From: Neocallimastix sp. 'constans'
Taxonomy: Eukaryota
Reading direction: 5' to 3'
Length of the DNA: 64,000 nt
Assembly: GCA_050613775.1 (NCBI GenBank)
Contig: JBODTK010000001.1
Location: 868,001 to 932,000, forward strand
Both the position numbers and the translations under genes were made by a program. The notes beneath the pieces are model-generated. The model did not search any database. It was not told the origin of the DNA and was given only the letters and a program-made list of their open reading frames with translations. Below, piece by piece: positions 40,533-54,239 of this stretch (the stretch's first letter is position 1; each line of letters begins with the position of its first letter).

Positions 40533-42615
40533 CGTCTTTTTTAGTTGGTATACCAGCAGTGGATGAAATTTTATGAAAAGAGATAGTATTGAGTACTTTC
40601 AACACGATTTTTTAAACCATTATTCCTAGGTTTCCAGGAAAAAGGTCATGAGACCAATGATGCTAGAAATCCACGTAAAGTAACACTTCCCAACTACCAA
40701 TATTTCCAGAAAAGAATGGATCCTCATACTCCAAGGCTGTAGAGGTTTATATCTTGGGTATCATGTTCCATGTCAAGCACTTCTTGAAGATAATTCCTAT
40801 ATTTATCTTGTTTTCTTTAACAACATACTGTCTATGGAATTACTCTAAGTGTTCTGTATGGTAAATGTCTATATTTCCACTAAGAAACACTCATTACAAG
40901 TTTGATAGGCATTCTCTGAAATTTTCACTATGGCTTCAAAATCACACTAATCATTCATCTATTTCTTCTTGGAGACTTTAGCATGAACACCAAAGATAAA
41001 TTAAACCAACAGTAACCTTAAATAATTGGTTTTATTCTTTCAATTCATGGTTCACCTATTTCATGGACTTAGAGGTAAAAATATACATCAAGATGTTGAT
41101 CATGCGTTAGTCAACTTATGTATGCTGGATAAACTATCTAAATGCTTATTTCGTTGATTTTCTTTCTTTATCTGATCATCATCAACCTCTCTTAGTTTTT
41201 TGCAAAAAAAAAAAAAAAAACTTCCACAGATGAATCATTTTTGTTACCAAAAAAAAAAAAAAAAATTTGTTAGGTGGGATAGGTATAAATAGATAGGTAT
41301 AAATATTTTGAACTTAAGAAAGAAATTTATGAATCACAATAAGTTTGAGATTCTTAATGAATAATTAGGAAATGAAATGAAGAACTTTCAGTAGATTGTA
41401 TAATTGAAAAAGTTCATTAGCACTAGTAATTCCATTGCTTAGAATTTATTGATTACATCTTCAACAGAAATTAGAAATTAGAAAAGCGACGTTTAGAATG
41501 TCCCGTAAAAATTTATTTTCTTCAAAAGGTGAAAAAAAATATCAAATATAAATAAATTAAGAGTTATAAATCTGCAAGTGATTCCAATTGGAATTTGCTA
41601 AAATTGTTGACTCGTATATAATAGACTATGTAGAATCAATTCATAAAAAAAAATGTAACGAATTTAGTAAATAAAAAAAAAAATTTATATATAGGATTTA
41701 AAATTGGATGTTCATTTCATTAGCTCTTACCAATGATCATAGGAAAGCATGGAAATGAGTAAAAAAAAAAAAAAAAGAATACAAAAAATATATAATCAAT
41801 CTTTCACGGTCTCTCATCCTATTATCCTATTTAAAAAACAATAATAATGAACTTGTTTTCATCTACTTCTACTGATGAAAAATTAAAAGCTTGGCATTTC
41901 TCATTATAAATTCTTAGGGTCGGGATTCTTCAGGTTATCGTCTTTCTAAAGATTATGTGGAAAGATTCTGATGCAGTAAAGGAATTTGTTGGAAGAAAAA
42001 AAAAAATAGAAATTAATAAATCTAAATCTATTTTTTTTTTTTTTTTTTTATTTCTGATATTAAAAATATTGTACTCTACTGTCCTCTACTAATCTTATGA
42101 AAAGTAATATAATAATAAAAAAAAAAAAAAAAGGGCCTGGTCCATAGGCTTATCCCCTATTGAATTTTATAAAACATTTTTTTTTTGTTAATAAAAAGAA
42201 TTAAAAAAAAAAAGAATTTGAAAGGAAAATTTCCTTATATGGGCAAATGTCTTGAAATAAATTTTTTTTTTTTTTTTTTTTTTTTCAATAAAATTTGAGA
42301 TGGTTTTCAAATGATGACCGGAAATCTGCTTCTATTTTATCTATTTCATAAAAAAAAAAAAAAAAAAAAAAAAAGGAGAATCTTTTTCAATTGTAGTAGT
42401 AGTTATAAAAGGTTTTCAAATGATGACCGGAAATCTGCTTCTATTTTATCTATTTCATAAAAAAAAAAAAAAAAAAAAGGAGAATCTTTTTCAATTGTAG
42501 TAGTAGTAGTTATAGAAGGTATTTCTCTCTAATCAATGTTAGCCTTTAAGAAAAAAAAAAAAAAACATAACTAATATAGTTACTTGACAGAAAATTCAAA
42601 ATATGCTTATTTATT

Positions 42616-42648
<33 letters not shown>

Positions 42649-42810
42649 GCACATAATATCATTAGAATTGAACAATTTGATTTTTTTTTTTTTTTTTTGG
42701 TAATCATGAAGAGAGTATGTATACAACCTTTATATCTCCATAAGAAAAATTTTTTGTGAAAAAAAGAAAATTTAAAGGTAAATTTACTTATGTAGCCTTT
42801 TCTTGATCTT

Positions 42811-42855
<45 letters not shown>

Positions 42856-43085
42856 CCATCTACAACATTCTTACTCAATTATTTTCATTGTAGTGTACGT
42901 GATAAGTTATTTTAATTTTTATTTCAAAAAATTTTATCCTACTTCCATGGTAAGAACTCATTACCTAAATCCTAAATATAAACAAAGTTCAATCTTTTAT
43001 GAATATACTAGTTTATTATTGGTACATTGATTTCTTCCTTCCTCAACTATTATAAAGAAAAATGACTCTGTCAAAAATAATAATA

Positions 43086-43121
<36 letters not shown>

Positions 43122-43353
43122 CATTTTTAAGAAAAATATTATATATTAAAAGAAAACTCAACTGTTAGTCCTTTAGGGCTTTATTATGTAATCTTCTAAA
43201 AAAAAAAAAAAAAAAAATTTTTTTTTACTATTACTGAATTTTTGTGCTTCATTTCAAATCAAAGGCTTTATTAAATGGAGAAAATTCTAAATGAATTGTA
43301 AAGGAATCAAATAGAGAATATTAGATTCCTTAGATGTCACGTTTTTTCTTGGA

Positions 43354-43385
<32 letters not shown>

Positions 43386-43647
43386 AAAATTTTACATTCT
43401 TTCTTTATAGAAAATATTAGGGATGAAAAAAAAAAATATTAAGAAATGTAAAGATGTAATTTGAATTCTATTTATTGATCAAGTCATGATAAACGTCATA
43501 GGAATAAAAAAAAAAAAAAAAAAAGGTAATAAATCATGATAAATATAAATATATTGAAACAAAACAAAATAAAACAAAACAAAACAAAACAAAAAAAAAA
43601 TTATTCAAGCTCAGTCTCTCAGCCTTGAATACTCCTAATTTTAATTT

Positions 43648-43687
<40 letters not shown>

Positions 43688-43759
43688 TTTGTCTGAAAAT
43701 CTTACCTATACTGTGGAGAGAGGTGAACCGTAGTTTATTCATTCATTGGATGTTCTTCC

Positions 43760-43790
<31 letters not shown>

Positions 43791-44080
43791 TTTGTCTGAA
43801 AATCTTACCTATACTGTGGAGAGAGGTGAACCGTCGTTCATTCATTCATTGAATGTTTTTCCTTTTTTTTTTTTTTTTTTTTTTTTTTTCTCATTATATA
43901 TAGATGCGAATCATTCGATGTCCATCAATGGCCTTCTTTTTTTCATTATATATAGATGCGAATCTTTAGATGTCCATCAATGACCTTTTTTTTTTTTTTC
44001 TTTTTAATTAATATTCAATGATAAAAATTAAGGACTCTTTCCTTATCATTGACATATTTTAATGTTAAGGAATATGAAAA

Positions 44081-44128
<48 letters not shown>

Positions 44129-44720
44129 AATATATATACATATTCCTTCTTGGTGGAATTTTAAGCTTTAGATGAGCTACAATTGGATATTTAGAGGAAA
44201 AAAAAAGGAGACATTTTGGAGAAACACTATTATACAGTTATTTTTTTTTTTTTTTCTTTTTTTTTTTTTTTTTAAAGGTGTCCACCGTTCCGTATAGTGT
44301 TGTAGGGCTTATGCATTATCTTATTTTTGATAAAAACAATATCTATCATTATTAGCTCTATTGAGTTTTTTTTTTTTTTTTTTATAATCGATTTTGTAAG
44401 AAATTTTTTTAGTACCAAAGAGTGCTGGTATCCTACCGATATGGCTTAGGAACAATACTATTAGTAGTCCTATTATATATATATGTATATTTTTTTTTTT
44501 TTTTTCAGGCACAAATGCTAATAGTATTAGTTCCGCTCACAGAATCCACAGAGAGTAATTTTCTTAATGAGAATCTATCTGGGTAATTTCAAAAGGGAGA
44601 GTTTAGTGGTCGTCACCATTATCTATTTTAAAGATGTGACTTCTTTGTCTTATTACTTTAGAATTAAATGATAATCATATCATGTTTACTACATATTTTA
44701 TACAATAAACCGAATTTTTT
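39850..44720 (+). mobile_element. Degenerate non-LTR (LINE-like) retrotransposon with APE endonuclease and RT remnants (boundaries approximate)
   Basis: Endonuclease motifs in the expected order: LGFQE (40626-40640), NVYI (about 40865), LLGDF (40965-40979), DVDHALVN (41092-41115), LSDH (41168-41179). RT-like TYVA/FLDL..PIYNILT at about 42786-42875. GC is higher than in the flanks; the frame is shattered by poly(A/T). Confidence 0.72.
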
Positions 44721-45089
44721 TTTTTTTTTAACTTCTGAACTTGTTTTTTTTTATTCTTTATTACATTAACTATATTGCAATCAAAAAAAAAAAAAAAAAA
44801 AAAAAAAAAACTTTATTCTCACTCATTTTCTTATTTTTCCAAAAAAAAAAAAAAAAAAAAAAAAATTATAAACAAAAAAATTTTTTTTTTCTCTTTTAAG
44901 AACAATAAGGTACCTTTAACTTTTTTTTTTTTTTTTTTTTTTTTTTTCATTTTGAATATCATAACCAAGGTCGTAGTTTTTATTTAAATGTTTTAATTTT
45001 TTTTTATTATTATTTTTTTTTTTTTTATTATTAATTATCGTTCAGAAATTAATATAAAATTTCATATTATTTCATTTGATTAATTAAAG

Positions 45090-45310
45090 TAGTAAAAATG
45101 TAAATATAAAGCATAAATTAAACCAAATAAAGTCGTAGGATATGTAAAGTAGATAGATAAATATAAAGCATAGATTAAATAAAAAAAAAAAGGAGTAGAT
45201 ATGTAAAGTAGGATATGTAAGTATAAAGTATAGATTAAATAAAATAGTAGATGTATACATCTATTATATACATTTAAAGTATTTAAGGTACAGATTGAAT
45301 AAAATGAAAT

Positions 45311-45348
<38 letters not shown>

Positions 45349-45659
45349 ATATAAAAAAAAAACAGTAGATATGTAAAAAGATATGTAAATTTAAACACAA
45401 ATTAAACAAAATAAAGTAGTAGATATGTAAAGTAGATAGATAAATATAAAGCATAGATTAAGTAAAAAAGAAAAAAAAGTAGTAGATATGTAAAGTAGGA
45501 TATGTAAATATAAAGTACAGATTAAATAAAAAAAAAAAAAGTAGTAGATATGTAAAGTAGGATATGTAAGTATAAAGTATAGATTAAATAAAATAGTAGA
45601 TGTATACATCTATTATATACATTTAAAGTATTTAAGGTACAGATTGAATAAAATGAAAT

Positions 45660-45694
<35 letters not shown>

Positions 45695-46375
45695 AAAAAA
45701 AAACTCATATAAAAAAAAAATAGTAGATATGTAAAATAGATATGTAAATTTAAACACAAATTAAACAAAATAAAGTAGTAGATATATAAATATAAAGCAC
45801 AAATTAAACCAAATAAAGTAGTAGATATGTAAAGTAAATATATAAATATAAAGCACAAATTAAATCAAATAAAGTAGTAAGTAAATATATAAATATAAAG
45901 CACAAATTAAATCAAATAAAGTAGTAAGTAAATATATAAATATAAAGCACAGATTAAATCAAATAAAGTAGTAAATATGCAAAGTAAATATATAAATATA
46001 AAGTACAAATTAAACCAAATAAAGTAGTAGATATGTAAAGTAAATATATAAATATAAAGTACAAATTAAACCAAATAAAGTAGTAGATATGTAAAGTAAA
46101 CATATAAATAATAGTACAAATTAAATCAAATAAAGTAGTAGATATGTAAATATATAAATATAAAGCACAAATTAAATCAAATAAAGTAGCAGATATGTAA
46201 AGTAGATAGGTAAATAAAATATAGCAGTAGATATTTTAATGTAAAGCATTGATTAAATAAAATAGTAGATGTATACATCTACTATATAAATTTAAAGTAT
46301 TTAAAGTACAGATAGAATAAAATGAAATTAAATATCAAAAAAAACAAAAAAAAAAAAAATCTCATATAAAAAAAT
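45090..46375 (+). repeat. Complex minisatellite related to the 11.5-13.6 kb and 22 kb family
   Basis: Units of about 57 bp, AAATAAAGTAGTAGATATGTAAAGTAAATATATAAATATAAAG(C/T)ACAAATTAAA(T/C)C, share TAGTAGA..TATAAAGTACAGATT with the other arrays. There is a higher-order duplication of about 45190-45425 at about 45540-45785. Confidence 0.88.
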
Positions 46376-46705
46376 AAACCATATGAAATTATATATAAAA
46401 AAGATTAATAAATAAAAGTATAAAAAAAAAAATTTTTATATTCATTGTTTGTGTAACCATCGAAATTGAAAGATGATTTGTATACAAAATGTATACAAGT
46501 TTAAAATAATAAAAAAAATTCAAAATTTCTTTCTTTATTTAACTTATTTATTTACTCAAGTTTTGATGTATTAAAGAGTTAAAATGAGTGAAAAGTGTCA
46601 AATGTCAAATTCTAAATGAATAAAAGATGATGAAAGTCAATTATGTTACATATTTATATATATTTATATATACAAAAGTTACAAATTAATCATAGGTATA
46701 AAAAA

Positions 46706-47195
46706 TTAAAATAAATAAATAATAAATAAATAAATAAATAATAATAAATAATAAATAATAAATAATAAATAATAAATAATAAATAATAAATAATAAATAA
46801 TAATAAATAATAAATAATAATAAATAATAAATAATAAATAATAATAATAAATAATAAATAATAAATAAATAAATAATAAATAATTAAATAATAAATAATA
46901 AATAATATATAATAAATAATAAATAATAAATAATAAATAATAAATAATAAATAATAAATAATAAATAATAAATAATAAATAATAAATAATAAATAATAAA
47001 TAATAAATAATAAATAATAAATAATTGAACAATAAATAATTGAACAATAAATAATTGAATAATAAATAATAAATAATAAATAATAAATAATAAATAATAA
47101 ATAATAAATAATAAATAATAAATAATAAATAATAAATAATAAATAATAAATAATAAATAATAAATAATAAATAATAAATAATAAATAATAAATAA
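46706..47195. repeat. (AATAAAT)n 7-bp microsatellite
   Basis: Long tandem AATAAAT tract. The same unit recurs at 53715-53975 and 5080-5135. Confidence 0.9.
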
Positions 47196-48366
47196 TATTT
47201 ATTATTTATTATTTACTAAGTAATTATTATAAACATCCAATGAGTAATTATAAATAAATGATAAATAGTAAATAATGAAATGGTAAAATAATAAATAATA
47301 AAATTTATATCCACTATTTGAACTTTTTTTTTTCTTTTTTTTATTAACAAAACAAAAAATTAAATAAAAAGTATATACTATCAATTAATTATAATATATG
47401 ATCATTGAATACTATTTATAGCTATTAACCTAATTAACCTAAAAAAGAATTTTAAAAAAAAAAAAACTTTTATATATATTAAAAGTTAAATAATAATAAT
47501 AAAAATGTAAAATATGAAAAATAATACTAATAAACCTTATTATTTATTGATCTACATTAATGTACATTACTACTTGTTTAGTGTAATACGTATGCCTATG
47601 TTTTATTTATTATAAAAAAAAAATAAAAATATTTATTGTAAATATTTAATATATATTATTATTTATTATTATTTTTAAATATTTGCTATTATTAGTTATT
47701 AGTTATGCTTTATATAATAAATAATAAGTATTAATAAAATAAAAATATTTTATTAATAATAATAATAATAATAATAATTATTATTATTAATGTTGTTATT
47801 GTTATGGTTTATATAATAATAATAAATAACTAAAATTATAGGAATAATAAATAAATAAATAAATAAATAATAAATAATAAATTATAAATAATAAATAATA
47901 AATGATAAATAATAATTAAATAATAAATAATAAATAATACATAAATAAATAATTAAATCATTAATTAAAAGTTAAATTGATTAATAACTAAATTATATTA
48001 ATACTTAAATATATAAATAGCTAACAAAAAATAAACCATGAAATCATTCTGTTTACATTATTCTATATAAGGATATATAGATATAAATTTTTATAATCAA
48101 AATTTAAATATTCTTAAACTTTTTATTTTATTTTATTATTTTATATTATTTTATATTATTATTATTAATAAATCGTTGGTAGAAAGGTAGAAGAGAATTG
48201 CCTAACACTATTCTCTATATTAAAATAAATATTTATATATTTAAACGATATTCTATATTTAAATAAGTATATTTTAATAATAATAAAAAAAAAAAAAACT
48301 GACATAATAAAAAAAATTAATCTATTATAAAAAAAATTTAAAATTAAAATTATTATATTAAAAATA

Positions 48367-48403
<37 letters not shown>

Positions 48404-51400
48404 CCAATGATGTATATATAAAAAATAAAAAAAGAAAAAACGGTTCATTAGAAAAAAAAAAAAAACTGTTCATTTTATGACATTTAAATTAAGAAAAATA
48501 AAAATAAAGAATAATAAAATAATTTTATTTTTATTATTTATTTATTTTATTTATTATATAAAATTTTAATTAGTTTAATAATTTGATATTGGCCGTTTTT
48601 TTTTTTTTTTTTTTGTTTATTTATTTATATATATATATATTTTTTTTTATATTAAAAAAAATTTTTTTATCCAAAAGTAGTATTAACCTAACTATAAATA
48701 AATAAATGAATTAATACATATTAAATAAATGAACATATATATATTAAATAAATGAATAAATAAGTATATAAATAAATATTTTAAATTTATTTAAATAGCT
48801 AATTAATTAATTATTATTATATTAATTATTATTATTTCTAAGAATAGTATAATTTTTTTTCAAAAAAAATTTATACATATAAGGTAAAGGTCAGCGGTAG
48901 TTTGTCCATTTTTAATAAAAAAAAAAAGAAAAAAATTTATTAAATAAATAAATAAATAATAAATAAATAAGTAAATAAATAATACATAAATAAATAAATA
49001 ATAAATAAATAAGTAAATAAATAATACATAAATAAATAAATAATAAATAAATAAGTAAATAAATAATACATAAATAAATAAATAAATAAAAAATAAATAA
49101 AAAGTAAATAAAAAATAAATAAAAAGTAAATAAATAAAAAATAAATAAAAAGTAAATAAAAAATAAATAAAAAGTAAATAAATAAATAATAGTACTTTAA
49201 ATAGTACTTTATTTAGTGAATACAATAAATTAAAATAGATAATTTTCAATTTAATCTTTAATTATTAATCATCGTTTGTATTTATTAAAGAAGTTGATGA
49301 TACTTTTAAGGATGATCTCTATTTCTTTTTCTTTTTCTATTTCTATTACTATTTCTATTTCTATTACTATTTCTGTTTCTGTTTCTATTTCTATTTTTAT
49401 TTCTGTTTCCGTTTTTTTTTTTTTTTTCTTTTTTCTCTTAATTTAATATATAAAATAAAAAAGAAAAATTGATATAAAGGTTAAATAATTTATGATTTAT
49501 CCATGTAATAAATAATATTTATATAGTATATTCGCTTATTATGACATTTATGTATAAAGAATATTTAAATATATTGATATTTATTGTGATGTTTTTTTTT
49601 AAAGTATGATCATTTATGTAAATATACATAAATATACATATTAAAATTTTATTTTATTTTTTTCCTATGGAATTATGTATATAAATAAATATATGAAATG
49701 GCGATAATTAACTTTAATGACTTTTTAATTTAATTTATTTTATTTTAATGTATGCTTTATTATTATTATTTATTATTATTTAATGTGTGACGGTTAGTTA
49801 AATAGGAAAAAAGGAAATATAATATAAATGAATAAAAAGATAATAAATAAACACCTAATTCATAATAAAATTTATTGATTAAAAATAATAAATTATTTTA
49901 TTTTTATTTCAAAAAAGAGGAATAATCAAATATATAATTAAATAAAATGGAAAATAAAAACAAAAGTTCGTATCATATCATTGTATTCTTTTTTTTTGGT
50001 TTAAAAAGATTTTTTTTGAACAAGGAAATTTTATAAAGATGTATTTTTTATCAATAAACATTTATAAATAAAACATTCATACTCTTTAATATCTTTTTAA
50101 TTGATGATATTTATGATATCTATTGAATAAAAATCAAAATGGAAAACTTATTTATAAGTAAATTAATTAGTTTATTTTATTTATTCTATTTATTTGTTTA
50201 AATGATTACTCATTCATTATTGATATATATATGGAAATAAATAAAATAAACTACTAAAGTGTAAATAAAATAAAAGTAAATAAAGTAAATAAAATAAATT
50301 AAATAAAGTAAATAAAATAAATTAAATAAATAAATTAAAATGAAATAAATAAATAAATAAATTAAAATGAAATAAATAAATAAATATAAATAAATGAAAT
50401 AATAATTAGTTTTTATTTATATTATATATATTTAATTAAAGAAAAGATAAAAAAAACTAAATAGAAAATTGTAGTAAAAAAAAGTTATTGCCGTTAAAAG
50501 TTACCCTATCTATTCATCTATAAAAGAGTTTTATGGCTATTCTATTCTTTACCAATTATGATTTTTTTTTTTATTTAATAATATAGGAAGAATTAATTTT
50601 TATAGATTATCCATTTATTTATTTATTTATTTATTTATTTATTAATTGATTCATTAATTATATTTACTTTAATAATATTTTATTCAATAGTTATTTTATT
50701 CTTTTTTTTTTTTTATTCTTTAAAAAAAAATTAGTTATTAAAGTTTATTTTTATATATATCTATAAATTCATATACATATGAATGCATGTACATTATGTA
50801 CATACAAATTTATATTTATGCATATACATACACATATAATTATCATTTAATATCATCTTATTTATAATAAATAAATAAAAATAAATAAAAAAAAGATAAA
50901 TAAATTACAACCGCCACAATCATAAAAAGAAACATAAAAAAAAATATTTAAAATATTATTTTTACTTATTTAATTTAATATATATATAATACTATTATAT
51001 AATTTAAAAGTGAATAATAATAAAAATGAATGGCTAATAAACTTTTTTTTTTATATATAATTATTTTATATAAATTAAACTTTTTTATTTATTTTTAATT
51101 ATTTATTTCATTCAATTTTTATTTTCATTTATATATATATCTATGGGTAATAATTTTTTTTTTTTTTAAATAAACAATAATAAAAAAAAAAATTACTTTT
51201 TTCATTTAAAATTAATAAATTCCCGCGCTTTATACCGTATTTAGTAATACTAATACTATTATTACTATTATATTATTATATTTATTTATATTTTAATATA
51301 TTAAATTTTTTTTTCTATAAAATGTTTTTATTTTACATATTTGAATTTATATATATGAAATATATATAATCATATTTATAATATTTGTACTTCATATATT

Positions 51401-52373
51401 TGTACTTCATATATTTGTATTTATATTTAATTATATTTGTACTTTATATGTTAATATTTATATTTTTATATTTGTTCTTACTATATATATTTATATTTAA
51501 TTATATTTGTACGATATATTCTTGTACTTTAAGTATTTATATTTCTATTTAGTTTTTTTTTTTTTTTATATAAAGTTTAATGAATTTAATTATTTCTATT
51601 TATATATTTATTTCTAATTTCTTAAATTAATAAATTTATTGTATTATTTAATATAAATAAGATACAAATCTAAAAAATTAGAATTCATTTTAAATGAAAG
51701 TTATTAATTTTATTATTTATTTTATTATTAATTTTTATCTTGTTTTTTCTTTTTTTAGGTAAAAAGATTAAAAAAAAAAGGAATTGACCGTTCCACTTTC
51801 TATATAGAGAAGATGAATATAGAAATATATAATTATTAAATAATTAATATCTCAATTTTAATTATATAATTAAATATAACTATAATAAATAAGTAAATGA
51901 TAAATAATAAATAAATAATATATATAATAAATATATTATGATTTTTACATATAGAGTTAGAGTTTAATATCTATCCATAAATATTAATATATGATTGGAA
52001 TAATACATTACATATATGGATGTACACTTTTATTATATTATAGATAATAAATAATATAAATATTCATACTCTGTAAATTGTTATTTATTATCATTATTAT
52101 TATTATTACTAATATAATTATTATTACATAAATATTAAATATATAAATATTTAATAGGTATGTATATATTTTAAACTTTTTAAGATGCAGATTAAAGCAA
52201 GAAAAGATAAAATTTTCTTTTAAAGAAATCTATTAATTTATTTATTTATCTATCTAATAATAATAATAATAATAAATAATAATTATAATAATAAATAATA
52301 ATAATAAAAAAGACATAAATTAATATAAAATGCTAATCATGATTAAATAATCACCGTTAAAAATTCTATTTAT

Positions 52374-52418
<45 letters not shown>

Positions 52419-54042
52419 AGTAATTTATTATTATTATTTTTTTTTCAAATTATATTTATTTATTTATTAAAAGTAATATTTAGTAATATTTATTATTATT
52501 ATTATTATTTATTATTATTTATTTATTGAAAATAATTATTATTATTACTATTTATTATTATTATATATGGTATTATTAAATAATCTGGTTTTTTTTTAAA
52601 TATATATTTTATAGTTTATTATTATTATTATTATTTTTTGAAATTAATAATAAAAAAATTAGGATACTAAACAATTAATTCATTATACAAAACAAACCTA
52701 AGCAAATTTGTTAAAATATATATACAATTATTAAATTAGCTAAATAATTATATATATATATTTTAACAAATAGGATAATTTAATTAGGTTTTATTAAAAA
52801 ATTAACATTATTTATGGCTTATTCTTTTTATTATAAAGGAAGGAAATTGTTTCAAACTAAATATATATATATATATACATAAATATATAATAATATCTTT
52901 TGATGAATAAATAATATAAAAATTATTTTTATTTGGTGTATTATTAACTATTATTTTATTATTATTATTTTATTATTATTATTTTATTATTATTATTTTA
53001 TTATTATTATTTTATTATTATAATTATTAATTATTATTATTATTAATTATTATTATTATTATTATTATTTCATAATTATTATTATCATTTGTTTTATGAT
53101 TAATTAGTATTATTAGTTGTTTTTTTTATTTATTATTTTGGTTTCATTATTAATAATTATATAATTATTAATTATAAATATTAAGTATTATGAGTTTTTT
53201 TTTTTTTTATTATTATTTGTTTTACTTTAATTATTTTTATTTTAATTATCAGTTTTATAATTTTTAATGAGTATTTTTTTATTATTATTATTTTATTTAA
53301 ACTTTATTTTTTACAAAATGACTTAATTAGTGTGTTACATCTTTTGTTATTATTATTATTTTAAATTTTTATTTATTTAATCTTTTAATTAGTATATAAA
53401 GTTTTTTTTTTTTTTTTCATTATCATTAGTATATAAAGTTTTTTATTTATTTATTTATTTATTATTATGCATTATTTTATTTTATTTATCCATATCATAT
53501 TATTATCAATAATTATCGTTTTTCTTCTTCTTTTTTTTTTTTTACTATTCTTCTTCTTCTTATTTTTTTCTGATGGGTACCTCTAAAATTTCATGTTTTA
53601 TGTAAACAAAGATAAAAAAAAAATTAATAATAATAAAAATATGAATAAATTGTTGGTCTAATTATTCATTTCAACTTGTATAAAAAAAACAAAAAAATAA
53701 AATTATGGTTTTAATAAATAATAAATAATAAATAATTGAATAATAAATAAATAATAAATAATAAATAATAAATAATAAATAATAAATAATAAATAATAAA
53801 TAATAAATAATAAATAATAAATAATAAATAATAAATAATAAATAATAAATAATAAATAATAAATAATAAATAATAAATAATAAATAATAAATAATAAATA
53901 ATAAATAATAAATAATAAATAATAAATAATAAATAATAATAAATAATAAATAATGGAATAATAAATAATAAATAATAATAAATTATATATTTAAATAATT
54001 AAATTTATTGATAATTTTAATAATTTTCACTTCTGTAAATTT

Positions 54043-54075
<33 letters not shown>

Positions 54076-54197
54076 GGTCTACCTCCTCCTTTTTTTTTTT
54101 TTTTTTCTTAAATTCTATTTTAATTTTATTTTATTTTTATTTTTATCTCTATTTAATAATTATTTAATATTTTGTTTTTTTCTGTTTTTCTTTTTTA

Positions 54198-54239
<42 letters not shown>

